From positions 310,001 through 374,000 of the forward strand of contig AP026134.1 in NCBI GenBank assembly GCA_030295235.1: a stretch of 64,000 nucleotides of DNA, in the 5' to 3' direction. The translations under genes were made by a program, and so were the position numbers. Within the stretch, counting starts at the first letter, position 1. Each line of letters starts with the position of its first letter. Origin of the DNA: Fistulifera solaris. Lineage: Eukaryota. This document shows, in pieces, positions 1-12,209 of the stretch. The notes beneath the pieces were generated by a model. The model worked only from the letters and a program-made list of their open reading frames with translations, ran no database searches and was not told the origin of the DNA.

Positions 1-2
1 TC

Positions 3-1947
3 TCCCGACGCCAAAAACGCGACCTGCCGACCGCCACACGGCCGTCGTCTAGCAAAAAGCCCAAAACACCCACATTGCAAAGTAATGTCATTAACTTACA
101 AGGTTTAGTACATGCCATGGAGAATAATAATAATACCGAAGGGACGGAAGCCGCATTAGCGTTCCGTGTCGAACGATGTCAGTTGTTGTGGAATCAAGTC
201 GCCGAAGAATTGCAACGGGTCGATCCAGAACATTATCAATCCTTGCAACAACGCGTCCAGAAAGTCTGCCAGGGCAGTAAACCACCTTCTATTCCTCCTA
301 CAATTCAACGAATCTTCTTGGACTCCTCATTTAACCATACTCCGGCTATGGAAAGTGAACCGAACGATGGGACCGATCTGAGTCAAGATAACGACATTTT
401 GGAGACGATTGAACCACTTCGACCCAAGAAGGCCGTCGTCGATGTTTCCGAAATGCAAAAACAACAACACGAACAAATGCAAGAAGCCATCTCACAAATG
501 GCGTCACAACTGAAACGAGAAACGGCCCGCATCCATTCGACCTTACAACAACAAACCGATCAATTGGACGAAATGGAAGATCTGGTGACAGAAAATGCTA
601 CCAAAGTCACGGATTTGACGAAAAATGTCCAAGAGCATGTGGAGAAAGGATGGAGAAAAACAATTGGGACATGGACCTTGGTGTTCACCGTGGCGGGAGC
701 GTTTCTGTTCTGTATGGTGACGATTTCTATGGTACCCAAACGACAAGGGACGTGTTTGTTCTTTTGTGCGAAAACAGACGATCAATATTGTCGGATCTTA
801 CCGGGAGGACGTCAGGAATGTATACCGGTCGCGGAAATCAATGTTGGAAAACAACAAGCCAGCGAATGTACGGTGGATGGCGAGTGCATGGAAAATCATA
901 AGGAAACAAATCAGCGAGACGCACGATCCGCTGTCAATGTATTCGCCGAAGAAGCGGCCATCGATGAAATTGATCCAAATATTCCCTTCTACAATGGCCG
1001 ACCTTTTTCGGGAAAAGAAATACGCAAAGCCGCTGCGGGGGTGATTTGCGAGCCTTGTCGGCCATGGTGGAGATGAAGCCAGAATTCATCGATGCACAAG
1101 ATTCGAATGGATGGTCGGCTTTGCATCTTGCGGCTCGATCCGGTCATGAAGACATTGTGCTCTACTTGTTAGACCATGGATGTAATGCGGTAGTGGAAAC
1201 CAGCAACGGGCGCACTGCACTCGATATTGCCTACGGAAAGCACGGAGCGGATCATCCCGTATCCAAATTGCTCGAGGAACTGTTCGAAAGTGGTTCCACT
1301 CCGAATGGCCAGCGTGAAGCCAAACAGCCACCAACGGGGAGGACATTCGGAGCGCGTCACAGACTGGAAATTTATCGCAACTGATGGAAATGCTTTTGGC
1401 TGCCCCCGATCTCATCGATGCGCAAGATAATAACGGCTGGGCCGCGATTCATCTTTCGGCGCGGGCTGGTCATACACCTGTCATTCAGTATTTGATAGAA
1501 GCTGGTTGCCAAACGCAAATCAAGACGAAGAGTGGTGAGTCTGCACTAGCGATTGCTGTTCGGGCGCTGGGCCATGATCATGCTATTGTGCATATGCTAG
1601 CGGCACGTCCGGATGCCGAACCAATGGTCCAGGGACGAATTTTTACCGAACATGATGTTCGTCTCGCTGCACAGCAAGGGAATCTAGAGCTATTGAAAGA
1701 GATGGGCGCCATCAAGCGAAAGTGGCTAGAAAGTCATGATGAAAATAAATGGGCCGCGTTGCATCAGGCAGCCCGAAGTGGGCACCTGGAGATTGTTGAG
1801 TATCTCCTTGAGCAAAGATGTGATCCAAACGCGCTAACGAAAAGTGGCAGCACGGCTTTGGATATTGCTAAAAATCTTCATGGAGACGATCATCCTGTTG
1901 TTACCTTACTTATGGAAAGCCAACGATTCCAACATACGGAATTGTAA
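3..1947 (+). CDS. Use1-like (Qc) SNARE fused to C-terminal ankyrin-repeat modules, ending HTEL; probably 5'-truncated by the window; two apparent frameshifts (~1040, ~1345-1383)
   Basis: The frame is open from base 3. It contains a coiled-coil SNARE-like helix (QHEQMQEAISQMASQLKRET...), a TM segment (WTLVFTVAGAFLFCMVTISMV) and a Cys-rich linker. Three similar modules with DxNxWxA(L/I)HxxARxGH...(T/S)ALxIA ankyrin motifs follow across ORFs 1046-1384 and 1384-1947. The C-terminus is QHTEL. Confidence 0.7.
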
Positions 1948-2065
1948 ATGCAGTTGTGAATAAGAGTTAAATGTGACATATTAATAAACGGATATCAAGG
2001 GAAAAAAAGCATTTGATTTTTTCGGGTACTACAGAATAATATTCCGTCGTCCGTTTCCAGACGCA

Positions 2066-3388
2066 TTATGCGGTAGACAATGTTGTCACTTTCCGCTGTT
2101 CTGCGTTCCATCGGCGTCCTCCCACGATTTTGCCGGCGAGTAGCTTTTGCGCCACGTTACACCGCATGATCAAAATGTTGCCGTCTAACTTATTTGGATG
2201 CAAAAGTGTGTCAGCATTCTTCCTCCAGACGACCCAACGTCGACAAGTCGGATGTCCTGGGGGTCCCGATCGATCGTTCGCTCGATCTTGACCTTTCGTT
2301 TCTTTGTAGGCACATTTGAGGCAGCAAGGTGGTTGTGCGTATCCTAATCGCGCAAAGAAGCACATTTCGACAAAAAGTTCCTGCAGTTGCTGTTCGTCAA
2401 AATCGACAGCGCCATTCCATAAATCTTCTGGTTCAAGGATGCCATGTGACTTGTCACCGGATCTAGCCGTATCCGTATTCTTAGTTTCGTCATCCGAAAA
2501 CTCGATAGGTAGAGTTTCGATTTGGTTACTGCCCCAACTCACTCGACCCTTCGAATGACTCTTTTTTCGCCCGCTCACAGTTGTTTCGGTCATGATGGAA
2601 TTCGCGTCTCGATCGACTATTTGCTTTATCTTACTTTTCTTTCGATGGGCAATGTCGTCCAAGTACTTACTGATTCTTTGTATGTAAAAGTCGGATCTGT
2701 ATTGTTTCAGAAGCTGTTGAAAATGCTGATAATCTTTTTGACTTAGACGTCCCTTCTTTTGAAAATCGTCCAGTCGCTGAAATAAGGCTAATACTTCCTG
2801 ATGTTGTAGTAATCGGGGGTCTTCCTTCCAATGGGGTCGACTGGTTGGCGAGTTGGGTAGGCTGGTTGTTGGTGTTTCGACTTGAATGGGATCGCTTTGG
2901 TAGTCTCCTGTGTCTTTCTCCAAATAATTTGTTTGTTGGACAGAGGCCGACTTTACTGACTTGGAAGAAAACGACCTGGCTGCTGGTAGACTATAGATTG
3001 TTGATTTCGGGGTTCCTTCGGTGAATGATTGATACGATGAACTCGTGTCGCTGTCAAAACTGGATAGAACGTAGAGGTCCGATATATCCGAATAACTCTT
3101 TGCTGACGGAATTGACACTTCTTCTGACGAATCAAAGGAAGATGCTAAAGTGCTGCTGTCCTTGATGACGATTTCAAATACGTCTGGACTAGGACGATGC
3201 ACGAATGATTTATGGCGCACTTCCTTCGGCTGATCCTCTTCTTTCAATGCCGCTTCTTCGACACTTTCCTCAACTGACAATCTCCGGTCTTTTCTCCAAA
3301 AAGGAACTATTATTTTCTTTGCCAAAGGACGACGTTCATGGATCACCAACAAGGAGGACTTGCCATTGCCACGGGTTTTCCGGACCAT
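2066..3388 (-). CDS. Hypothetical protein; Ser-rich N-terminus and compact Cys-containing C-terminal domain
   Basis: Uninterrupted 440-aa ATG ORF. The C-terminal FVEMCFFARLGYAQPPCCLKC...CRRWVVWRK region looks folded. Confidence 0.7.
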   Translation of the reverse strand: MVRKTRGNGKSSLLVIHERRPLAKKIIVPFWRKDRRLSVEESVEEAALKEEDQPKEVRHKSFVHRPSPDVFEIVIKDSSTLASSFDSSEEVSIPSAKSYSDISDLYVLSSFDSDTSSSYQSFTEGTPKSTIYSLPAARSFSSKSVKSASVQQTNYLEKDTGDYQSDPIQVETPTTSLPNSPTSRPHWKEDPRLLQHQEVLALFQRLDDFQKKGRLSQKDYQHFQQLLKQYRSDFYIQRISKYLDDIAHRKKSKIKQIVDRDANSIMTETTVSGRKKSHSKGRVSWGSNQIETLPIEFSDDETKNTDTARSGDKSHGILEPEDLWNGAVDFDEQQLQELFVEMCFFARLGYAQPPCCLKCAYKETKGQDRANDRSGPPGHPTCRRWVVWRKNADTLLHPNKLDGNILIMRCNVAQKLLAGKIVGGRRWNAEQRKVTTLSTA

Positions 3389-3732
3389 GTCGATCAGGTT
3401 TTTTCAAACTGTCAATGCGAGCAAGGAAAGCCTTTTCCAATTTCCGTTGGCGATGATCGAATACAACATGCTAGTTTCTTCCATTGGACTTCTACAAGAA
3501 TGTATACTTTTAAAAGAGACTTTGAAGTACATAAACCGAAAAATTGAACGGACATTTTGCACGTTTCATGAATAAGTAACGAAAAACCGTTCAATCTTGT
3601 GAACGGATTTCATTTTGATACAAATGCGATCCGAATAACCACTCGGTTCGCATAATACTCGGGTACATAGCACCTTCCGTCATCGCTATTCCATCGCGAA
3701 CAGCGATTTTCGTCTAAGTGTCTTGCAGTATT

Positions 3733-5858
3733 ATGGAGGGTCGCGCTTGGTGTGAAGAATAGAATGATTTTAGAAGGCACATCCGATCCGACGTTCCGTG
3801 GCCACCATCATCAAACAGTCATTGCCTCAAGAACTAGTTACGAGGAAGGCAACCAAAAAGCCGACATGATTGTTGCCTCGCAGAAATCGCCTGTGAAGGC
3901 TTCTCCAGTGCGTCTGGATGCTGGCAAAGCATTCACGTTTGATGGAGCAAATGCCGGTGGTTTTCATTTGTCTGCCGAGTCAGATGTACGTACATAAATA
4001 TGTTTTTGACAATAATCCGGTCACCCAAATACCCACTTTCTAATGCTCTGTATTTTTGTTTCGTCAAGGACTCGAAAATTGACAAGCGTCAGGTTGACGT
4101 CGATCAAGGCGAGTATCTATCAAACAACGTGAGCGGTCTTTCGTCGGGGTGGGAAGAGAGAGATGGTAGTGTCGAACACAGGGAAGGCTGGGCCGATGAT
4201 AACGCTTGGGATCGCAAACAGGAACGCGACGCTCCTCCCATTGCTCCGGCTGCCAGTGATGCTCTAGAGAAAATTCGGGAAATGCGTCAGATTTTGGAGG
4301 CCGATCCGACTCTGAAAGAATCTTTGTCCAAGACTGAGAGTATGACGCTGTCAAAGAATGACTCCAACCCGGAGCTTTATCCGTATGTCTTTCGCAAAAC
4401 ATCGAGCAATGCTTTGGACGCCCTGCGAGCCGTACGAATGCAATTGGAGGCGAACAAAGATGTCGCCAAGGCCGTCTCCGAAACTATGCATGGTACACCT
4501 CGTAAGGGTTTACCCCTCGTTCTCCTGCCAAACATTTGGCAGACCGCTCCTTTCCGAAAAGTAACGGCACTGATGCTTTGCAGTCTTTGCCGGAATCCTT
4601 GCCTCAATCGGCTCGTGAAAAGGAGTATGACCAAGATGGTGGGGAAGATGAAGTTGCTGACGATCGAAGTGTTGCATCTCTAGTCGGTCCGCCACCACCA
4701 CCCCCGCCCATCGACATGAATCGGTCCGAAGGAAGCGTTTTCAAGGAAAGCAGTCTGGTGCGCATTCCCATTGAGCCTATGTCGCCTTCCGCGGGTGTAA
4801 ATACTACACGTGACGAGCAAAGGCTCGTGAGTCCGCGTAATGTTGAAGAGCAGGGCACTGTCGACCCTGAATCAGATGTACGCCCTCGATCCAGTAAGCC
4901 AGGAAGAGGGAGACTATCCATTAAAAAGTTGTTCAAAAAGGGTGTGGTTAAAGCGGAACCAGAGGCGCGGTTGCTATCCCCGGATCCGACTCCCAGTGAT
5001 GAGAGCAATCAACAAGAATTGAATGCGGCAGAGGAAGAAGATGTTCAAGATCCAAGTGTGGAGGTTATTCTAAAAGGATATGTCGCTCCGGAAGAGATTG
5101 AAGAAACCTGCCATTCGAGAATCCGTCGCCGAGGCGTCAAAAGTCTTTTCAAGAAATTGGGAAGGAAGAACAGAGCTGAAGTGCCTGATAAAAGTCCTGA
5201 GACAGTCAGTGGAAAAGAAGAAACTACGAGTGGTCAAGTGGACAACGGAGAAAGTTCCCAGCGCCTGTTTTCGTCGGACTCCTTTATTAATGAGGGAACA
5301 GTGAACATGGACAACCATAGGGTCGATGCCGTAGATGACGACGACTCTGTCGGACCGGCACCTTATGGCGAATCCTCTGGTGTCGGGGACCGTAATAAGG
5401 TGGTAGAAGCCGACGAAGATCCCTTCCAAGAAATTATCAACAGACACAGACCGACGTTTGCCCCTGTCGAACCAGAATCGGTCGACACCTTCGACATTGT
5501 TAACGACCTAGATTTTGAATCTCGTAGGCTGGACATTGATGTTAGAGAAATCGAACGTAAGATGAAGCAAAAGCGTGCCACTGATGCGTCGACTTCATCT
5601 TCGCGGGTACCTGTGGCGTTGGCCGGTACAGCGGGTAAGAAAGTGGGGCATATGCCAAGTACAGCCAGTGTGAAATCATCTCGAACGACCAAGAACACCA
5701 GAACTAGCAAAAACCGTCCCACCCCTAACATGACACCGAAAAAGCCTGCAGTCTACTATAGTGGTAAACTTGCAGGGAATGCAGGAGCTACACAGAGAGG
5801 AGACCGAGGAAAGTACAGAGATGATCATATGTCGTTTACACGATGGCCTCAAGAATAA
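3733..5858 (+). CDS. Hypothetical low-complexity/disordered protein (intron ~3987-4068, probable frameshifts)
   Basis: Consecutive same-strand ORFs 3752-3997, 4000-4683 and 4536-5858; GTACGT...AG intron candidate; acidic/Pro-rich composition; no recognisable domain. The start is uncertain. Confidence 0.55.
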
Positions 5859-6030
5859 TCTCTCACATTAGACTTCTGAACGAAAAAAGTAAATACATTA
5901 CGTAGTCTTCACCCTCTATAGGATGTAATATATTCCGTTTCCCAGGAGAATATCTGGTTCATAATACAATCATGCAATTAGAAATAAGAAAATGTGACCT
6001 TAAGCACTATTTTATCTACTCCGTATAAAT

Positions 6031-9000
6031 TTAATCTCCTAGACACAACACATATACACGCCCAAGTCTTTCCAGCTCTTCGATTCCTGCTAATCCATCT
6101 GGGCCATCTCCTTGGTAGTCTCGTCCTCGTCCGGCTTTTGAACTGACCATGTGAAGCGTGGAAGCCAATAATTCTCGAGCCTCTTCACCGAGAAATTTCT
6201 TCAACGTTGAGCGCAGAAAATCGAGCTCGTTGGCAAGACGATCGGCCTGCCGCACCCTTAACTTCATGCGTCGCTTAGAAATTTCATCACAAATACCCTC
6301 AATGACACCATTTGCAACAGTTTTCATCGCCAAGTGCTGGTATTGTAAGTTAGCTGCCTTACGTATTTTCTCCCCGACAGCTTGCTCGACTTGGGCGCGG
6401 CACCGCACGATAGCTAATAGCGATGCAGAAAGGTATGCGGGAAAAGCGTCTTCTTTGTCTTCTTCCTCTTTATCGAGCCATCCAACCTTAACGCTTTTCG
6501 AAACGGTGTGCTTGATGCTGTCGAGGTATTCGTCAAACATTACATTCTCGAGACCGGTGATCTCCTCTCTCATTACTTCTTGTAAAGTATCGGTATTTGG
6601 TGTCAAAGGCATACTTTCGCGGACAACATCATCGAGACGATCTGCCAGCACATCAGCGCATTCAGCCACAGCAATAAGGCGAGCCGCATCGCCTCTATCT
6701 CTAACGTAAGAGGCTAGACCTTCACAACAGCGCCTGATGACAAGTTCGCAACCCTTCTCTACCTCCGAAGCACACTGATCAGGCCTTGAAAGCTGTTCGC
6801 TCAAGTTTTTCAAACACTGCGACAAAGTGTCTGTATCAAACTTGCCACTCCCACTGGCGCGATTCGAGCAAGCGCGGGCACATACATCAAACGCGTAAAT
6901 GCACCGACGTTTTTCAATCGTCACGACAGCGCTATCACCAAGCGACTTACAATCGTCAAGAAGACTGAGTGTGAAGACGCTCGTGGTGTTGTTTTGAAGT
7001 GCGCGTGCACTGCCTGAACTTTCGGAAAGGAGTGTGACAAGATCTGCCAATTCTTTGCCTACCTTAGTGCTTTGAGAGGGTGGCAACGGCGATCTTATTA
7101 ACGCATGTAACTTTTCGTTCGCACTTTGCCCAAAAAGTCATCCGAACATCCTTGGCACCACTCCTCGTATTGCTACCTATCGCACAGAATGTCGCATGTT
7201 CAACGAGATTTTTTAAGGGTGGAGAGATATCACGGACAAAGACATCGAGAGCAGTCATATTTGCCGTCTTGGTACTGTTTCGGCCTTTGGCAGCCCGGCG
7301 CTTTTCCTCTTCCCGAGCTGCCTGAGCAACAGCCAACAATCGTGGCAACCAGCGTCGTGCTAACGTTACTGCTTTCATTGTCGCTACGACGCGAGCATCA
7401 AGGACATCATACTTCCATTGGTTTCCTTTTTCGCATCATCACTATCATCAGCGAAAATTCGTTGACAGGCGTCATCCGTATTGTTGATTACTTGTTTCAC
7501 TCCTTGAGAAAAGTACGCGGCTTGCAGCAAAAGGCAAGAAAGAGCGGGATGATAGTCTCGGACCTGGATCTTAGTTCCTCCGATATCAAAACACCCATCT
7601 AAAGTAGGATCAAGGTCACTTTCCGATGAAGGGGGTAATGTTGGAACGTCTAGTTCAAGCAAATCACTCAAATCCCGAATGCCGCCCATGAGATCATCAA
7701 TCGATACTGTGTCTTGAGCAAGTCGTAACTCCAGGTCACGTCTAGCTTCTAGAACACATTGCTCAGCTTGCTTCTTGACGTGGTTCAACAAAGCAATTTG
7801 GCAGTTATCCCCAACCACAAGAACGCGACGAAAAGTCTTTAGAGCCTGTGAGTAGCGTCGATTTTCCAAGTGCTGACGCATCAAAGAAGGAACTTGTAAA
7901 ATTGGCGCAACTCGGTGCAATACAGAAATGGCACTTTGCACCTTGCGGACTTCAGACGTATTATCAAGCAAAGGCTTGAAAGACTTTTTGGCTTGAAAAG
8001 CACATGATTCTGCAATCGCTTCAAGCTTTCCGATTCGTTCGTGAACGCCCATTCCTACCTCGTTCTCACTGTTGCGCCGAAATTCTTCAAAGCCCTCCGC
8101 GCATCGTACAAAGAGTGGAAAATTCTCCCTCACGAGATTTTGCAGCTGTTCGGCTTGATTTTCCGTTTTACCTGCGGTGCAGTAGTTACACGACGAAATG
8201 ATTAGCAGTGTCATCGACGAGAAAGAAGGAACGAAATGACGATGTATACTTACTTGAAAGACGCCCCATCGAACCCATCAAAGCGTCGTAAGAAGTCTTC
8301 CGATGCACTAGAGTTAAAAAGAGCAGCGGATCGAATTTGGGGTGCGACGGTAAAACCGAATGTGTGGCATTCTGTGGGTTCTCCATCATTTCCAATCCCC
8401 CCATTCGTTCAACCAATGCCTCCAAACTCTCCTTCTGTGCGGCTGCCGTACGAACCAACTCTTCACTGCCAGCCGACTCGGCCTTTTGTATCTCTTCTTG
8501 TAAATCATGTAGAGCCTGCTCCATTTGTTCTGCCATATTTAGTTCAACTTGTCGTAGATCAAATTCTTGGTCATTGATAAGGCCGAGCGGATCTTTTCCG
8601 ACCAGCTTATCTCTCACTTCCTCACGTTCGGCCGCTTCCTGGGCCGCATCTTGGGAATCGCGGACGCTCTGATGCTGTCCCGCTCGATTCGCGGAAGCCG
8701 CCCAGGCGCGCTGTTCACGAGCCAGCTGACTGTCTTCCCATCGAGCGGCAACCCCTGTTTGGCGCGGATCTCACCACGACCTTCCGCTTGCTTCAATTCC
8801 TTCCGTAAATTCTTCTGACGTTTACGAAACGCCGCCATGATATCATCCGAGTCACCATAATCCTGATCACTGCCTTCCGATCCATCGTCTTTCTCGTGAT
8901 CGGACTCGGCGGCATCACTGTCGTCATCATAATCTTCCTGTACACCACCCCCGAGTGCCTTGTTTGCAAGCATGTCTTGACGTTGCTGCAGGGCGAGTTC

Positions 9001-9576
9001 GGCTTGACGGGCCGTCGCACTCTTCTTAATTTTTTCTTGCACCGACGCCGAAGTCGAGTTGGCCAGCCAAATTTCGAATTCTTGCTGCGCGATCGGTCTG
9101 GTAATCAATTCTTCCATCATGAGTGGTTGGGCCTTTTCTCCATCTTCGGAACGATGTTCCGTGAGAATGAGGACAATCACTTGACACGCTTCTTCTTTCG
9201 CACCACCTCGATCACCTTTGCGATCGTCACAATGAAAATCCAAGCCCATGTATTGATACTGCTGCGGATTGAGACACAAGAAACTGGTCTTGAAGGGATT
9301 CGGTGCATCGGAATTTTTGTTCCAATCCAGGAGCAGCCATTTGAGCAACGTCATGGCGTGACGCGCGGATCGTTTGAGGGTGCCGTCGTGTTCACCAGAC
9401 GGTGTTCCGCAGGCTTGTAAGAGACCGTACAACCCCGCGAGGATTTCTACATCGTCCGGATCATCGAGAGAAGCGGCCGGAGCCGCGCTGCCCAAGAATA
9501 ATAAAGGAATATCATCGTCGTAAAATTCGGGAGTGGTTCCTTTCTGTGAAAGGTTTAGTTTTGAATAATCATTCAT
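6031..9576 (-). CDS. SEC5: Exocyst complex component Sec5/EXOC2-like
   Basis: KDPLGL, FDPLLFLTLVH and LQNLVRENFPLFVRC motifs typical of the Sec5 domain. Intron 8172-8253 (GTAAGT...CAG) joins the frames. Frameshifts near 8640, 7385 and 7085. Confidence 0.8.
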
Positions 9577-10407
9577 TAGTGATATTCGGAGAAAGAACGA
9601 CAGGAAGAATGAATATATTACAAATTACTTACATTGGAAATGTAATTGCGGAAACGATTCAAGCGACGAATACGATCTTTGTGGTTGCCCTTATCGGGAT
9701 GGAGTTTGCGCACTAACTGTTTGATTTCGATCGACGAGCGGTCGGCATTCTTCTCTTCCGCCATGATGTTGTTAAAGACTTGATAGAATTGAAATGAAGA
9801 AAGTTACTATTGATAAGGAAGCAATGAATTGAAATGTTTGAGATGCGTTTGAACTCCCTCCGCAAAGAATAAACAAAAACACAACGCAGCCCGATAAAAA
9901 GCAACGCGGCACTTGGTTATAAGCTTTTTAAAGTACTATAGTCTAAGGTGTAATCTCACCTTTTCCAAGACTGGATTTTAGTCATGAGTCATGAGTAAAT
10001 TTTTTACGTACGTCGATTATTAGGAGGAAAAACTGGCTGTAAAGGTCAGTCACTTCAACAACATCATTAACATAACGTTAGAGCAGTAGTAGCACCAGTA
10101 AAATCAGAATGAATATCGCTTCATTGGTTGAAATCATTGGTTGACAACCATCGCCGAGGTCCTTCTATTGTGATGCGACGTGATCCATCTGTTCCGGGGC
10201 TGCATTCCATTTGAGTCGTCACCCAACGGAGAACCTACACTTTACCCTAGTTTGCGAGTTGCGGAAGGACACTCTTCGGACGCGATTCGGCGCGGATTCG
10301 TTTTTGCTCGTTACAAGTTACAAAGCAAGAAAACAATCTACGAAAGGTGCTTTGCTTTCACATTCTTTCCTTTATTCGACTTGTGCCTCTTTCCATCTCA
10401 AAGGAAC

Positions 10408-11378
10408 ATGTCTTGGAGAATAGCTGCGTTGTTATCTGTAGCTATTTCTTGCAGCGCCTTCTCGGGTCGACAAACCTTCCTTCCACAACGATGGACGTAC
10501 GTCATTCGTTTGGTATTTCCGCAAACTAATCTTACTCCTTCTTCACACTCTTACTTCTCTCCTTTCACATGCCTCCTTTGTTGCTGTTTGTATTTACTGC
10601 TGCATGATATATGCAGAACTTTGTCGTCTTCGACTGGCTTGTACGCCGACTTGCAAGCCATTCTTTGGGATATGGATGGTGTTTTGGCGGATACCGAGCG
10701 CGATGGTCATCGTTTGGCGTTCAATCAAGCCTTTGCGGAAAACAATTTAAAAACAGAATGGGATGTGGAACGGTACGGAGTTTTGTTGGAAGTCGGGGTG
10801 GCAAAGAACGCATGACGGCGCATTGGAATGAAGTTGGTTGGCCCGCCATTCCGGAAAAGAGTCGGCAGGAAAAAGTGAAGGAATTGCATTTGCGGAAAAC
10901 TGATATTTTCATGGATATGATTAATGAAGGACGAATTCCGCTGAGACCGGGAGTTTTGCGGGTTATTGATGAAGCGATTGCGAATAACATTCGTTTGGCC
11001 GTGTGCTCGACGAGCAATGAAAAAGCCGTGACCAATTTAGTTCAGACATTAATGGGCCCCGAGCGAGCGGCTCATTTTCGAATCTTTGCGGGAGACATGG
11101 TGCAACGGAAAAAGCCGGCTCCCGATGTGTACAATATGGCAGTCGAGCAAATGGATTTGGATAAATCGCGCTGTGTAATTGTTGAAGATAGTGGCATCGG
11201 TCTCAAAGCCGCACTGGCGGCCGGTATTCCGTGTATTGTGACGAAGAGTTCGTACACGGCTGGAGAAGATTTCACAGGAGCCGCCATGATTGTGGATGAG
11301 CTGGGCGATGATCCGCGGACGGGTGTGACTCTGGAAACATTGGCAGGTCTACTTGTTGCTGGCTCTCCTTCTAGTTGA
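10408..11378 (+). CDS. cbbY: Plastid-targeted HAD-superfamily hydrolase, CbbY-like (putative xylulose-1,5-bisphosphate phosphatase)
   Basis: Signal peptide ending SCSA|F. Intron 10497-10616. HAD motif I WDMDGVLADTERDGHRLAFN, GGKERM, CSTSNEKAV, KKPAPDVY and EDSGIG. Frameshift at GGGG near 10796. Confidence 0.85.
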
Positions 11379-12209
11379 ATCGGACCATATAGAACTTCGA
11401 TATGAAGATGAATATTTAAAGCTACAAAGTATACATTCTTTTCTTATATTGAAATACCTGGTAGTGTCGCGCGCTTTGATTTTTCTGATTGGCGCATGTG
11501 TGAAAGTTTGTCGTTGAAAATAAGTCGACGGGAGGAGGCAAGTCGGATATGATGCACAAGAATGAAGTATTGCAAATGCCTCGTCTTGGTAGCTTGCCAT
11601 AGAGGCATAGAGGGAATTTCTTCTTGTTTCATCCAGTACGCTAGAGACTTTGTAGAGTACCGGGTAGTCGTATCCCTAGCTACTAGCTATGAACCAAAAA
11701 TTACGTGCAACGGATAATCGTGAAAATTCCATGGAGGAGGTACGCGCCGGCGCAGCTTACAGGACGAAGAAGGGGACGCAGTACTTTCTGATGTGACAGT
11801 CAAAAAGTGGACTTAAGCAGTAACTCGTCACAGAGAGATTTCATTTAGGAGTTTGAATAACACGGCGAAACTGTTTGAAATGAAACGTTAAACCCATGTA
11901 CATCACTGTTATGCCTGCGTGATAAGGCACTATCCCTTTTGAAGTATTTTGGTTTACTTCATCTTCATGTCCGTAGTATCTTATCCAGGATGGCGCTCCA
12001 ACGAATTGGTAAGTGAGGCTCTTGCACCACGCAGCCGCCGTGGATAAAATTATTCACCAACGTTGCACTGTTGCACCGCTGCCTTTTTGTCGTTTTCTTT
12101 CACCACACAACCCAACAAGAAAAATAGTTCGACCTCACCTTTTTCCTTCAAGACGGTGATAGATTCGACAGCAACAAAAAATTCTTCAAGTAGAAATATT
12201 TAAGCAGCC

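Noticed and set aside
10121..10146. Tandem TCATTGGTTGA repeat (CCAAT-box-like) between Sec5 and CbbY
   Set aside because: Plausible promoter element, but only two short copies; not supportable without TSS data.
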